Assembly (NCBI GenBank): GCA_049510745.1
Contig: JBEKYR010000028.1
Location: 1 to 64,000 of the forward strand
Direction: 5' to 3'
DNA: 64,000 nucleotides
DNA from: Verrucomicrobiota bacterium
Lineage (GTDB): Bacteria > Verrucomicrobiota > Verrucomicrobiia > Limisphaerales > Palsa-1400
The position numbers were made by a program, and so were the translations under genes. Below the pieces are notes generated by a model. That model saw only the letters and a list, made by a program, of their open reading frames with translations. It did not search any database and was not told the origin of the DNA. The stretch's first letter is position 1. Every line of letters begins with the position of its first letter. Below are positions 49,574-63,800 of this stretch, piece after piece.

Positions 49574-49764
49574 GGGGTTCCCGTTACTGTCCGAAAACTC
49601 GCGTTTGAGCAGGAAATTGAAGAAAATCCGGTTGTTTTACTCAGTCCTTCGTGGCGCGGAGCAGCGCAAAAGCCAGTGTAGTGTCTCATAAAGGTTAAAT
49701 GACGTTCGATCGGGCCGGGACAAATTCTTGCCGTGCGCGGGTCCAGGCCGTAAAGTCTGGCGCG

Positions 49765-50019
49765 ATGTGTCTGGCTATTCCAGGAAAAATCACCAGCGTC
49801 ACGGGCGATGACCCTCTGTCGCGCACGGGCAAGGTGGATTTCGGCGGCATCCAGAAGGACGTGAACCTGTCCTGCGTGCCGGAGGCGAAAGTCGGCGATT
49901 ACGTCATCGTGCATGTCGGATTCGCCCTCAGCCGCGTCGAGGAGAGCGAGGCGAACGAGGTCTTCGCCTATCTGCGCCAGATGGGGGAATTGCCGGAGTT
50001 GAACGAAGGGGGGCCGTGA
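49765..50019 (+). CDS. hypC: Hydrogenase maturation chaperone HypC
   Basis: MCLAIPG start, [12 protein letters not shown]. Confidence 0.96.
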   Translation: MCLAIPGKITSVTGDDPLSRTGKVDFGGIQKDVNLSCVPEAKVGDYVIVHVGFALSRVEESEANEVFAYLRQMGELPELNEGGP

Positions 50020-51125
50020 AATACCTGGACGAATACCGGGACGAAGCGAAGGCGCGCGAATACGCCCGCCAGATCGCCCGCGTCACCACGCGGCCGTGGG
50101 CGATCATGGAAGTTTGCGGCGGGCAAACTCATGCCATCGTCAAGTTCGGGATTGACGAGCTGCTGCCCAAATCCATCACGCTCATCCACGGCCCCGGCTG
50201 CCCCGTTTGCGTCACGCCGCTTGAATTCATCGACAAAGCCATCGAGATCGCCTCGCGGCCGGGCACGATTTTCTGCTCGTTCGGGGACATGCTGCGCGTG
50301 CCGGGAAGCGCGACGGATTTGCTCTCCGTCAAGGCCGGCGGAGGCGACGTGCGGATGGTCTATTCGCCGTCGGACGCGGTCAAGATCGCCGCGCAGAATC
50401 CGGCCAGAGAAGTGGTGTTTTTCGCGGTCGGCTTTGAGACGACGGCGCCCGCGACGGCGCTGGCGGCGCAGCAGGCGGCGGAGCAAGGTGTCAAGAATTT
50501 TTCGATGCTGGTCGCGCACGTGCTGGTGCCGCCGGCGATGGAGACATTGCTGGCGTCGCCCCAGTGCCGGGTGCAGGGCTTCCTGGCGGCGGGCCACGTC
50601 TGCGCCGTGATGGGCTGCGCGGAATACGAGCCGATGGCGGCGAAATACCGCGTGCCGATTGTGGTGACGGGTTTTGAGCCGCTCGACATTTTGCAGGGGG
50701 TGCTGATGTGTGTGCGGCAACTGGAGGAAGGACGGGCGGAAGTGGAGAATCAGTATGCCCGCGTGGTGCGCCGGGACGGCAACGAGCACGCGCGGGAGCT
50801 GATCCGGCGGGTGTTTGAAGTGGCGCCGCGCAAATGGCGCGGGCTCGGCGAAATCCCCGGCAGCGGGCTGCGCCTGCGGAGTCAATATGAAGCATTGGAC
50901 GCCGAGAAAAGATTCGGACTGGCGGACCGCGACACCGCCGAGAGCGCCGAATGCCTCAGCGGCCTGGTGTTGCAGGGGCGGATCAAACCGGCCGAGTGTC
51001 CGGCCTTCGGCCAGGGTTGCGCGCCCGAACATCCGCTGGGCGCGCCGATGGTGTCCTCCGAGGGCGCGTGCGCGGCTTACTATCGCTATCGCCGCCCCGC
51101 GCCGGCCGCCGAGCCTGCGCGCTGA
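50016..51125 (+). CDS. hypD: Hydrogenase maturation protein HypD
   Basis: [33 protein letters not shown]. Confidence 0.97.
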   Translation: MKYLDEYRDEAKAREYARQIARVTTRPWAIMEVCGGQTHAIVKFGIDELLPKSITLIHGPGCPVCVTPLEFIDKAIEIASRPGTIFCSFGDMLRVPGSATDLLSVKAGGGDVRMVYSPSDAVKIAAQNPAREVVFFAVGFETTAPATALAAQQAAEQGVKNFSMLVAHVLVPPAMETLLASPQCRVQGFLAAGHVCAVMGCAEYEPMAAKYRVPIVVTGFEPLDILQGVLMCVRQLEEGRAEVENQYARVVRRDGNEHARELIRRVFEVAPRKWRGLGEIPGSGLRLRSQYEALDAEKRFGLADRDTAESAECLSGLVLQGRIKPAECPAFGQGCAPEHPLGAPMVSSEGACAAYYRYRRPAPAAEPAR

Positions 51126-51128
51126 ACC

Positions 51129-52178
51129 ATGAGCCACGCCGCGGAATTCACTCCTGCCTGCCCCGTCCCGATCCGCCAGTATCCGCGCGTTCTGCTGGCG
51201 CACGGCGGCGGCGGCAAATTGATGCACGAGCTGCTGGAGAAAATGTTCTTTTCCGCGTTCGGCGAAGCCCCCGCCGACGGCCGCCACGACGCCGCAGTGC
51301 TGAACTTCCCGGCCGGGCGGCTGGCGTTCACCACCGATTCCTACGTCGTCCGGCCGATTTTTTTTCCGGGCGGCGACATCGGTTCGATGGCGGTCCACGG
51401 CACGGTCAACGACCTGGCGATGAGCGGCGCGCGGCCGCTGTGGTTGAGCGCGGCTTTCATCCTCGAAGAGGGCCTTTCCATGGAAACGCTGTGGCGCGTG
51501 GTTTGTTCGATGCGCGACGCGGCGGAGCGCAGCGGGGTGCGGATCGTCACTGGCGACACCAAGGTGGTGGACAAAGGCAAGGGCGACGGCCTGTTCATCA
51601 ACACGGCGGGGATTGGTGTCATTGAACATTCCCTGTGCATCGCGCCGGGAAGCGTGCGGACGGGCGACGCGGTGCTGCTCAGCGGAGATTTGGGCCGTCA
51701 CGGCATGGCGATCATGAGCGTGCGCGAAGGTTTGGAGTTTCAGAGCAGGATCGAGAGTGATTGCGCGCCGGTTTGCGGGCTGGTGCGGAAACTCCTGGCC
51801 GCCGGCGTGGAAGCGCATTGCCTGCGGGACTTGACGCGGGGCGGCCTGGCGAGCGCGTTGAACGAAATCGCGGGAGCGGCCCAGCGGCGAATCGAGATCG
51901 AGGAGAAATCCGTGCCGGTGCGGGAGGACGTCCATGCCGCGTGCGAACTGCTTGGGCTGGACCCATTGCAGGTGGCGTGCGAGGGACGGTTCGTGGCGTT
52001 CGTTCCAGCCAGGGACGCGGACCGGGCGTTGAGCATCATGCGGCAGGACGAAGCCGGCGCCGGACGGATCGGCGCGGTTGCAGACGGCGACCCGCCGCTG
52101 GTGGTTTTGAAAAGCGCCATCGGCGCCAGCCGGATTCTCGACATGGCCAGCGGCGAGCAATTGCCGAGGATATGTTAG
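51129..52178 (+). CDS. hypE: Hydrogenase maturation protein HypE
   Basis: [29 protein letters not shown]-terminal PRIC. Confidence 0.97.
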   Translation: MSHAAEFTPACPVPIRQYPRVLLAHGGGGKLMHELLEKMFFSAFGEAPADGRHDAAVLNFPAGRLAFTTDSYVVRPIFFPGGDIGSMAVHGTVNDLAMSGARPLWLSAAFILEEGLSMETLWRVVCSMRDAAERSGVRIVTGDTKVVDKGKGDGLFINTAGIGVIEHSLCIAPGSVRTGDAVLLSGDLGRHGMAIMSVREGLEFQSRIESDCAPVCGLVRKLLAAGVEAHCLRDLTRGGLASALNEIAGAAQRRIEIEEKSVPVREDVHAACELLGLDPLQVACEGRFVAFVPARDADRALSIMRQDEAGAGRIGAVADGDPPLVVLKSAIGASRILDMASGEQLPRIC

Positions 52179-52255
52179 GCCGCACCCTCGAACGGCCGGC
52201 AATTTACGCTAAGAAAATGCCAAAAATTAGCTTGCGCCTTTTCAAACAGGTTGTA

Positions 52256-52279
52256 ATCTCTACTATGTCAATAGACATA
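52256..52279. promoter_or_regulatory. Candidate repressor operator upstream of cysK
   Basis: Perfect TATGTC-AATA-GACATA (52264-52279) overlapping imperfect ATCTCTACT-N5-AATAGACAT (52256-52278). Confidence 0.5.
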
Positions 52280-52338
52280 CTATTGTTATACGTGAACAAT
52301 TGAACAACAGAAAGCACCAGCTTGAGAAAGAGAGACTT

Positions 52339-53334
52339 ATGCCTGTTTATCCTGACATTATCAGCACAGTGGGGCGCACCCCGCTGATCAAACTCAACCG
52401 CGTCGCTGCGGATGTCGATGCCACCATTGCATTGAAGGGGGAGTTCTTCAATCCACTCGGCAGCGTCAAAGACCGCATCGGCATTGCCATGATCGCCGCC
52501 GCCGAGCGCGACGGCATCCTCAAACCCGGCACAACGATCATCGAACCGACCTCGGGCAACACCGGCATTGCCTTGGCGTTCGTCGCCGCGGCCAGGGGTT
52601 ACAAACTGATTCTCACCATGCCCGAAAGCATGAGTCTGGAGCGGCGCACGCTGCTGGCCTTGCTGGGGGCAAAACTGGTTCTGACGCCGGCCCAGGAGGG
52701 TATGAAAGGCGCGATCAAGAAAGCTGAGGACCTGAACAAGGAAATCGCCGATTCGTGGATTCCCCAGCAGTTCAACAACCCGGCCAACCCCGAAATCCAT
52801 CGCCGCACGACCGCCGAAGAAATCTGGTCGGACGCAAATGGGAAGGCGGACATCCTCGTTTCCGCCGTCGGCACGGGCGGAACAATCACCGGCGTCGCCG
52901 AGGTAATCAAGTCGCGCAAGAAGAGTTTTCGCGCCATTGCCGTCGAGCCAAAGGATTCGCCGGTCATCACGCAAACGCGCAACGGACAGCCGGTCAAACC
53001 CGGCCCGCACAAAATCCAGGGCACAGGCGCGGGCTTTGTGCCGAAAAACCTGAACCTGCAAATCGTGGACGACGTGATCACGGTCAGCAACGAGGACGCC
53101 ATTGCCATCGCGCGCCGGCTGGCGACCGAGGAAGGAATTCTCGCCGGCATCTCCACCGGGGCCAACGTCTGGGCGGCGCTGCAAGTCGCCCAGCGTCCCG
53201 AGAACAAGGGCAAATTGATCGTGACGATCGGTTGCAGCACCGGCGAACGTTATCTCAGCACCGCGCTGGCGGAGGAAGCGCGCAATCAAGTTTCAGTTAC
53301 GCCCCAGAACCCTGGAGGCAAAATCAACCCATAG
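52339..53334 (+). CDS. cysK: Cysteine synthase A
   Basis: [11 protein letters not shown] (PLP Lys), [27 protein letters not shown]. Confidence 0.96.
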   Translation: MPVYPDIISTVGRTPLIKLNRVAADVDATIALKGEFFNPLGSVKDRIGIAMIAAAERDGILKPGTTIIEPTSGNTGIALAFVAAARGYKLILTMPESMSLERRTLLALLGAKLVLTPAQEGMKGAIKKAEDLNKEIADSWIPQQFNNPANPEIHRRTTAEEIWSDANGKADILVSAVGTGGTITGVAEVIKSRKKSFRAIAVEPKDSPVITQTRNGQPVKPGPHKIQGTGAGFVPKNLNLQIVDDVITVSNEDAIAIARRLATEEGILAGISTGANVWAALQVAQRPENKGKLIVTIGCSTGERYLSTALAEEARNQVSVTPQNPGGKINP

Positions 53335-53393
53335 AAACCCCCACAGCAGGCTGATCGGACGACCGGCGGTTTGCTGGCAACACTCAGTAAAAC

Positions 53394-54404
53394 ATGACAA
53401 CAAATACGTATATCCGAATCATTCAACCCCTTGAATTCCACGTCCTCCGTCCGCCCGCGCTATTGCTGGCGCTGGCTTTGGCTGCGACGCCCAGCCTCAC
53501 TCTGAGAGCCGCGGACGACGCTCAACCCGCAGTCCAGGCAACGGCGGAGAAACCGGCGCCGCTTCCGCTTCATCAGATCGAAGGCAATGGCGGCATTTTT
53601 TCCACGCTGTCGGCTTACATTGTTAATCCGCCGCGAAATGGCGAACCGGTGGGCCGGCCCAGCGTGGGGTTCGCTTACATCAACCTCGGCTCCGATAAAA
53701 ACCTCGAAGCGTTGACCCTCACCGAATCGCCCTTCAAGCGGCTTGAACTGGGCTACGGCTGGGACCACCTCGGTCTGGGCGATCTGCCGCTGGCGTTGAG
53801 AAACGCCGGCCTCGTCAATTATCACGAGGACCAGGTGCAACTGCACAACTTCAATGCCCGGCTGCAAATCCTCAAGGAAGGGGAGTTCGACCAGAAATGG
53901 ATTCCGGCGTTGACGGCCGGCGTGCATTACAAATATAACGATGGCATTAACGAGGTCAGAAACGAAGTTGAAACGGGAGCGGGCGCGGACTTGCTGGGCC
54001 AGGCCGGCCTGTCGCGCAAACAAGGGGTGGATTACACGCTCTACGCCTCGAAGCTGTTCACGCAACTGCCGCGGCCCGTGCTGCTGGAACTGGGCGGACG
54101 CGCCACCGAAGCCGTCTGGGACGGCCTGGGTGGATTCACCCACAGTTACAACGTTGTCTTTGAAGGCAACGTCGTGGTGTTCGTCACCGGCAATTTTGCG
54201 CTGGCGGCGGAGTACAAAGAGCAGCCGCGGAATTACCAGGCCATCGGCAATCTGGTGAAGCGGGAGGGCGACTGGGCGACACTCGACGCCGCTTACGTGG
54301 TGAACAAAAACCTGACGTTGGCCGTCGGTTACGGTCACTTTGGCAACGTGTTGAATCACCAAGCCAACGGGGTATGGGGCCTCACGACCAAATGGGAGTT
54401 CTAG
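53394..54404 (+). CDS. Outer-membrane beta-barrel protein (DUF3034-like, tentative)
   Basis: Signal peptide; IEGNGG motif; amphipathic strands; C-terminal WEF (BAM-type terminal Phe). Confidence 0.7.
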   Translation: MTTNTYIRIIQPLEFHVLRPPALLLALALAATPSLTLRAADDAQPAVQATAEKPAPLPLHQIEGNGGIFSTLSAYIVNPPRNGEPVGRPSVGFAYINLGSDKNLEALTLTESPFKRLELGYGWDHLGLGDLPLALRNAGLVNYHEDQVQLHNFNARLQILKEGEFDQKWIPALTAGVHYKYNDGINEVRNEVETGAGADLLGQAGLSRKQGVDYTLYASKLFTQLPRPVLLELGGRATEAVWDGLGGFTHSYNVVFEGNVVVFVTGNFALAAEYKEQPRNYQAIGNLVKREGDWATLDAAYVVNKNLTLAVGYGHFGNVLNHQANGVWGLTTKWEF

Positions 54405-55856
<1,452 letters not shown>

Positions 55857-55878
55857 ACCGGACAGAAGTTCGACGCAG

Positions 55879-57081
55879 ATGAAGGACCCACCCGCGAGCA
55901 CCGGCCAGGGCGATCTTCAGGATCAGAAGATCTCGGGCTATCAATCGTCTTTGGGCGTGACGCGCACACAAACCGTCGCGTTGCGCGGAGTGCAACTCCA
56001 GTCCGGTTTCACGTTCGATCAGGTGGAAGTGTCGTACCAAACCCTTGGAACGCTCTCGCCCCGGCGCGACAACGCCATCCTGGTCTGCCACGCCTTGTCA
56101 GGCACGGCGCACGCCGCCGGCCTCCACCCGGAGACGGGGCGTCCGGGTTGGTGGGATTTCCACGTCGGCCCGGGCAAGGCGATCGATACGAACCGGTTCT
56201 TCGTCGTCTGTTCCAACGTCCTGGGTGGCTGCGACGGGACGACCGGCCCGATGTCGCCGCGCCCCGCCACGGGCCAGCCTTACAACATGGACTTTCCTTC
56301 CGTGACCGTCCCCGATATGGTGGCGGTGCAGGAAAAACTGGTCGAACACCTGGGCATCGCGCGGCTGTTCGCGGTCATCGGCGGTTCGATGGGCGGAATG
56401 CAGGCGCTGGCCTGGGCGGTCCGTTTCCCGGAGCGCGTCCGCGTTTGCGTTCCGATTGCGACCTGCGCTTCGCACAACGCCATGCAAATTGCCTTCAATG
56501 AAATCGGCCGCCGCGCCATCGTCACCGATCCGAATTGGAACGGCGGCGATTATACGCCCGACCGCCGCCCCAATCACGGTCTGGCCGTGGCCCGCATGGT
56601 GGGGCACGTCACCTATCTGAGCGAATACGCGATGACGCGCAAGTTCGGACGCACCCTGCAAACGCCGGTCAACGCCGTCGCCGCCGAGGCCGCGCTCTTC
56701 ACCGTCGAAAGCTATCTTCACCATCAGGGAGAGAGTTTCGTGAGTCGATTCGATCCCAATTCCTATCTTTACCTGACCAAGGCGATCGACCAGTTCGATT
56801 TGTTTGACGGCCAGCCGCCGGAGGAGGTTCTGCGCCGGGTGAAAGCGCGTTTTCTGGTCATCTCCTTCGCGTCCGACTGGCTCTATCCGCCGGCGCAGTC
56901 GCGGGACCTGGTTCGCCTGCTCAAGCGCGCCCGCGTGGCCGCCACCTACATCAATCTTGAAACCCTCTACGGCCACGATTCGTTTCTGATCGAAAACCCC
57001 CAGTTCGCCCAGGTGGTGCGGCATTACCTGGAAAACGAACACCGCCGCGCCAGTCTCAAGGAGGCCGGCGGGGCGATTTAA
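55879..57081 (+). CDS. metX: Homoserine O-acetyltransferase (MetX family)
   Basis: CHALSG, GGSMGGMQ nucleophile elbow, SDWLYPP, YGHDSFL; acetyl versus succinyl specificity cannot be read from sequence. Confidence 0.94.
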   Translation: MKDPPASTGQGDLQDQKISGYQSSLGVTRTQTVALRGVQLQSGFTFDQVEVSYQTLGTLSPRRDNAILVCHALSGTAHAAGLHPETGRPGWWDFHVGPGKAIDTNRFFVVCSNVLGGCDGTTGPMSPRPATGQPYNMDFPSVTVPDMVAVQEKLVEHLGIARLFAVIGGSMGGMQALAWAVRFPERVRVCVPIATCASHNAMQIAFNEIGRRAIVTDPNWNGGDYTPDRRPNHGLAVARMVGHVTYLSEYAMTRKFGRTLQTPVNAVAAEAALFTVESYLHHQGESFVSRFDPNSYLYLTKAIDQFDLFDGQPPEEVLRRVKARFLVISFASDWLYPPAQSRDLVRLLKRARVAATYINLETLYGHDSFLIENPQFAQVVRHYLENEHRRASLKEAGGAI

Positions 57082-57088
57082 CAGAGCG

Positions 57089-57676
57089 ATGCACCCCGGT
57101 ATTTACCAAAGTGTCCTGGATTGGGTCCCCGACGGCGCCCGCGTGCTGGACCTGGGAACGGGCGACGGCGCGTTCCTGGAGCGGCTCGTTCGGGTCAAGC
57201 GCGTCGTGGCCGAGGGCGTGGAAAGAGACCCCGAGCTGGTGGCCCGCTGCATTCAGCGCGGGCTGGTGGCGCATCAAGGCAACATCGCCGAGGGACTCGA
57301 TCAGTACGGCGATCAATCGTTCGATGACGTGCTCTTGCTCGGCACGTTTCAGGAATTGATTTCGCCCGTCGAGATCGTCCGGGAAGCGTTTCGCGTCGGA
57401 CGCCGCGTCACCATCGCCTACAGCAACTTCGCCCATTACCGGGTGCGGCTGCAGATTCTCTTTCGCGGCCGCACGCCGGTCACCAAATCCCTCCCCCAAC
57501 CCTGGTATCGCACGACCAATTTGCATTTCCTTTCCACCCTCGACTTCCGTGAATTCTGCCGGCAGATGGATGTCTCCGTCATTCGCCAGGCGTCCTTCAA
57601 CTCGCGCGGCAAGGTCGTGATTTTGCCCAATCTCTTTGCCGAGGAAGTCGTGACCTTGCTGGAGTCTGGCAAATGA
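57089..57676 (+). CDS. metW: Methionine biosynthesis protein MetW
   Basis: RVLDLGTGDG, NFAHYRVR, WYRTTNLHF; directly after metX. Confidence 0.92.
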   Translation: MHPGIYQSVLDWVPDGARVLDLGTGDGAFLERLVRVKRVVAEGVERDPELVARCIQRGLVAHQGNIAEGLDQYGDQSFDDVLLLGTFQELISPVEIVREAFRVGRRVTIAYSNFAHYRVRLQILFRGRTPVTKSLPQPWYRTTNLHFLSTLDFREFCRQMDVSVIRQASFNSRGKVVILPNLFAEEVVTLLESGK

Positions 57677-57812
57677 CCGCGCACCGGCGCCGGCGCCTCC
57701 GCCGCCCATGCGCTCAGAGGAATGCGGAAGTGCAAAAACGCCCCGGCAACCTCCGATTTTCCCTGATTTGAATTGTAAAACAGCCTCAAAGTGTTTACCG
57801 TTAGCGGTTACC

Positions 57813-60800
57813 ATGGAAACTGTCCAAACTTTACCTCCCTTCCCCTCAAACGTCCCAACGTCCGGCGGAGCTTGGCGGCTGGCGGGCTTGCGTCTGAGCG
57901 CCCTCGTGCTTTTGTCCTTGATCTTCCTTCTCGCCGGTCTTCCTCCCGCCAGGGCCGGTCTGCCGCCGGGTTGGAGCGACACCGACATCGGGGCGCCCGC
58001 GGACGCCGGTTCGGCGTCTTATAGCAATGGCGCCTGGAGCGTCGCCGGCGGGGGCGCGGACATTTGGGGAACAGCCGACCAATGCAACTTCGCCGGCGAA
58101 AGCTTCAATTGCGACGGCGCCGTCATCGCGCAAGTCAGCAGCGTGCAGAACACCGATCCAGGCTCCGGCTGGTCCAAAGCGGGCGTGATGTTCCGCAACG
58201 ACACCACCGCCGGAGCTGTCAATGCTTTTATGACCGCGACGGCGGGCCAGGGTGTCAGTTTTCAAATTCGCACCGCGGCGGGCGCCGCGTCTGACAACAC
58301 GCAGGTCAGCGGGGTCGCCACGCCCGTGTGGGTCAAAGTGGTTCGGTCGAGTGACCAATTCAGCGGCTATTACAGTGTCGATGGGACCAATTGGACACAA
58401 GTGGGAAGCGCCGCCACCATCGAAATGGGCGGTGCCGCCCTGGCCGGGTTGGCCGTGTCGGCGCACAACAACGCCGCGCTGAACACCTCCACTTTTACCA
58501 ACGTCGGCCTGACCTCGCCGGCTTTCGGCATCTACCGCGAGCTTTGGACCAACCTCAACTCCAGCGTCGGCAATACTCTGGCCGCGCTGACTAACACGAC
58601 CGACAACCCCAATTGGCCCAACAGTCCCGCCGCGTCTTACACGCATGTTTTCACCAATTTTGAAACCGAGATTAACACCGGAATGAATTATTTTGGCCAG
58701 CGTCTGCGGACGTTTGTCGTGCCGCCGACCAACGGCCTTTACACGTTTTGGATCGCCAGCGATGACACCTCGCAGCTTTTTCTGAGCACCAACGAGAACC
58801 CCGCCGGCATGGTTCCGATCGCGTCCGTCACGTCCTGGACGGATTCGGAGAACTGGACCGAGTACGCCAGCCAGCAATCGGCGCTCATCAACCTGCAAGG
58901 CGGCTGCCGTTATTATCTGGAAGCGCAAATGCAGCAAGGCAACGGCGGCGAGAACCTTTCCGTGCGCTGGCAGTTGCCCAACCTGTCTTTTGAGCAGCCG
59001 ATGGCGGCCGTCAGCGGGGCCGGCACGCTCCTGATCCCGTGCAACGGCGTGAACACCACCCCGGGCATTTTTGCCCAATCCGGCGCCACGTCGGTCGTCG
59101 AGAATCTCAATGCGGTGTTCTCGGTGCTGGTCACAAACCAGGCCCCCGTCACCTATCAATGGTTCAATGCCGGAGTCAAGCTGGCCGGGGCCACCCTGCC
59201 TGTGTACATCCTCAGCAATGCCAGTATCGCGCTCAACAACGGCCAGATTTACACCTGTGTTGTCAGTAACAGTGTGGCTGCCATTACCAGCGCCCCAATT
59301 ACCCTCACCGTGCTGCGCGACACCGTGCCGCCGACGGTGGTTGAAGCGTTTAACGTCGGGCCGACCAACGTCGAGATTGTTTTCTCAAAACCGGTGGCGG
59401 TCACCAACGCCACCAATATCGCCAATTATGCGTTCACCAACGGCGTTGCCATCACCGGCGCGTCGCTGGCCGCGAATAATTTCACCGTCATGCTCACCAA
59501 CGCGCCCCTGGTCAATGGGAGCAATTATGCCATTGTCATTAATAATATCCATGACCGGGCCAGCACGCCCAACATTATCGCGACCAACACCCTGGCCAGT
59601 TTCACGGCCTCGCCTTTTGCGCCGCAGGACATCGGCGGTCCGGCCATCCCGTCCACCGCCACCTACACGGGCAACGGAGTGACCATCAGCAGCGCCGGCA
59701 ACTACATTGGCGGCAACGGCGATCAATGCAACTTCGAGTATCAACTCCAGACGGGCAATTTCGACGTCACGGTCTGCCTGGCGGGGTTGGGTTTGTCCGA
59801 TCTGTGGGCCCAGGCCGGCTTGATGGGGCGGGCCAGTCTGGATGCGGGCAGCCCGTTCGCCGCCGCGCTGGCCACGCCGGGGATGGTCGGCGATTTCTTT
59901 GCCGCCCGGACGGCCACCAACGGCCTGGCCGCCACTTCGGGCAGTTTTCCTGTCAACTATCCCAATACCTGGCTGCGGCTCAAGCGGGCCGCGAATGTCT
60001 TCACCGGCTTTGGCAGTTACGACGGGACAAACTGGACGCAATTGGGCGCGGCGACGATTGTGATGCCGAGCCAGATTTACCTCGGCCTGGCTGTGGCCAG
60101 TCACAACACCAACCAACCGACCACGGCGCAATTTCTGGATTATGAAACCACGCCCGCCGGCGCGGTGGCGGCCCCGGCCGTCAATCCTCACGAACCGCTG
60201 GGGCCTTCCAGCCGCAAGACCGGGATTGTCATTTCCGAGATCATGTGGAAGCCGGCCCCGCGCACCGACGGCAACAACACGGAGTTTCTGGAGATTTACA
60301 ATTCCAATCCGTTTTTCCAGGACATCAGCGGCTATCAGGTGACGTGCGCGGACATGAATTACACCTTCCCCGCCAACACCCTGATCCCCGGCGGCGCCTT
60401 TTTCGTCCTGGCCGCTTCGCCGCAAGGCATGGCCAATGTCTATGGCCTGGCGTCCAATGTTTTTGGCCCGTACAACGGCAGCCTGAAACATGCCGAGACG
60501 CTCGAACTGTTGGACGAACAGAGCAATGTGTTGCTGACGGTGCCTTATACGGATACTTATCCCTGGCCGGTGGCGGCCGATGGCACGGGACACTCCATTG
60601 TGCTGGCCAATCCGACCTACGGCGAAGGCGATCCGCGCGCCTGGGACATCAGCGACACGGTGGGCGGGTCGCCGGGCCAGTTGGACACCTTCCACCCCAG
60701 CCCGCTGCGCAGCGTGGTGATCAATGAAATCCTGCCGCATTCGGAAAACCCGGCCGTGCCGCAATTCATCGAACTCTACAACCACAGCACGAACAGCGTG

Positions 60801-63800
60801 AGCGTTTCGGGTTGTATTTTGACCGATGATCCGGCGACCAATAAGTTTGTCATTCCGGTCGGCACGCTGATCGCGCCGGGGGGATTTGTTTCCTTCAGCC
60901 AAACGCAGCTCGGTTTCACCCTCAACCCCTCCGGCGGGACGGTCTATTTCATCAAGCCCGACGGCAGCCGCATCCTGGACGCGGTGCAGTACGGGGCGCA
61001 GGCCGACGGCGTTTCTTATGGGCGCTGGCCGGATGGGGCGAATGATTTGTATGCGTTCACCACCAACACGCCCGGCGCGCACAACAGCGCCATCCTCATT
61101 GGGGACGTGGTGATCAATGAGTTGATGTATAAGCCGATCAGCGGCAACGACGACGATCAATACATTGAACTCTACAACAAGGGAACCAATACGATCACTC
61201 TGTCCGGCTGGCAGTTCACGGCGGGCGTCACTTTCACTTTTCCGCCCAACGTCACGCTGGCCTCCAACGGCTATCTGGTCGTGGCCCGGAACCTGACGAA
61301 TTTATTGGCCAAATATCCGAATTTGAACACCGGCAACACCGTGGGCAACTACGGTGGCAAATTGTCGCACAACGGCGAGCGGGTGGCGCTGGCCATGCCG
61401 CAAAGTTTGTATGGCACCAACACCATTTACGTGGTGGAAGACGAAGTGACCTTCGGCACGGGCGGACGCTGGGGAGAATGGTCCTCCGGCGGCGGCAGCA
61501 GCCTGGAACTGATTGACCCGCGCGCCAATCACCGCCTGGCCGCCAACTGGGCGGACAGCGACGAGACCCAGAAGTCTTCCTGGGTGGACATTGAATGCAC
61601 CGGTGTGCTGGATAACGGCTCCAATTACGACGCCAGCATTGATTTCGCTCAAATCGGCCTGCTGGACGCCGGGGAATGTCTGGTCGATAACATCGAAGTG
61701 GATTACAACGGAAGCAACTACGTTTCCAATGGCACGTTTGAGAGCGGCCTGGGCTTGACCAACTGGTCCCTCCAAGGCTGCATGGTGCGCTCGAGCCTGG
61801 AACACAGCGGCTATCAAAGCAGTTATTCGCTGCACATCCGCTCCAGCGATCGTCTCTGGACCGGGGTCAATTCCTGTCAAGTCTCCCTGGCCAACACCAA
61901 CCTCCAGCCCGGCCAGACGGCGACGCTGCGGTTCAAAGCGCGCTGGCTGCGCGGCTGGCCGGAGCCGTTGCTTCGTTTGAATGGCAATTGGCTCGAAGCC
62001 ACCGCGGCGATGCCCGTTCCGGCCAACCTCGGCTCGCCGGGCGGACCCAACAGCCAGTACGTGACCAATGCCGGGCCGGCCCTTTACAACGTGACCCACA
62101 CGCCGACCCTCCCGGCCGCCAACCAGGCGGTCGTGGTGACGGCGCAGGCGCATGATCCGGATGGAATCCAAAGCCTGACGCTTTATTACCGCCTGGATCC
62201 GGCGACGACTTACACGGCTGTGGCGATGAATGACAAGGGCACGGGCGGCGACGCCATCGCGGGCGACGGCGTTTACAGCGCGACCATTCCGGGACAGGCG
62301 GCCAATCAAGTCGTGGCGTTTTACATTGCCGCCACGGACAGCCGGGGGGCGGCGACGCGCTTTCCGGCGCTGCGCACCAATGACAATGAACCGGTGCGCG
62401 AATGTGTGGTCCTGTTCGGCGACGGCGCTCCGGGCGGCAGTTTCGGGGTGTATCATTTATGGCTCACGCAAACCAACGTGACCCGCTGGGCCAACTTGTC
62501 CGACTTGAGCAACGAAGGCAGCGATTGCACCTTCGTCAACGACACCCGCGTGATTTACAATATGCAGGGCCGGTTTTCCGGCAGTCCGTATCATCAGGAG
62601 TTTGACACGCCCAACGGCAATCTGTGCCATTACAAATGGGAGTTTAACGACGACGCCAAGTTTCTGGGCGCGACGGATTTCAACAAAATTCATCAGCCGG
62701 GCAACGGTCCGGGCGATGACGCCAGCCTCCAACGAGAGCAATTGGCCAACACCTTCCTGCGCGCGCTGGGGGTGCCGTGGCTCTACAAACGCTATGTGGC
62801 GGTCTATGTCAACGGCAACCGCCGCGGCACCTTGATGGAAGACACCCAGGTGCCGACCACCGATGTCATCAAGGAACACTTCCCCAATGACCCGGATGGG
62901 CACATGTACAAAATGCAGCCCTGGTTTGAGATGCCTCCCTTTCCTTCGGGCTCCTCCATCGCCTTCGACAATCAGTCCTGGTGCAACCTGATGCCCTACA
63001 CCACCACCGGGGGCGTGAAAAAGGCGGCGCGCTACCGCTACAGTTTTGAGATTCGCCGCACACCCGATTCGGACAGCAACTTCACCAATGTTTTTTCCCT
63101 GGTGGATGCGGCCAGTTCTTATGGCACGCCCCATTACGTGGCCAACATGGAAAACCTGGCCAACATGGAAAACTGGATGCGCGTCTTTGCCGCCAACCAC
63201 GCGGCGGGCAACTGGGATTCCTTTGGCTGCCAGAACGCCCAGAATCTTTACGGTTACATCGGCGCGCTCGGCACGAAGTATTCCTTGTTGATGTGGGATT
63301 TCAACATCGTCATCGGCAACAGCGGTTCCTGGGGGCCGGGGCAGAGTTTGTTCGCGGTCAACGGTCAGGACCCCAACACCCAGAACATTTACAACAATCC
63401 CACCTTCCTGCGCATGTATTGGCGCGCGCTCGAGGAGTTGGTCAACGGGCCGCTCAATACCGCCAACAGCGGGCCGCTGCTCGACGCCAAATACAATGCC
63501 TTCACCGACAACGGCCTGAGCGTCGAAAACCCCAACACGAACATCAAACTTTGGCTCTTTCAGGCGCAGAACAGCATTGCTTCGCAACTGGCCGCGGTCA
63601 ACGCCACCAACTTCACGGTCAATCCAAGCCTGACTCTCAGCAATAACGTCGCGTTTGTCACCGGGCAGGCGCCGGTCAATGTGGAGGCCGTCTGGATTAA
63701 CGGCGTGGCCTATCCGCTGACCTGGACGGGTTTGACCAACTGGACTGTAACCGTGCCGCTGACCAATGGAGCGAACCATCTCAGCATCGTGGGCGTGGAC

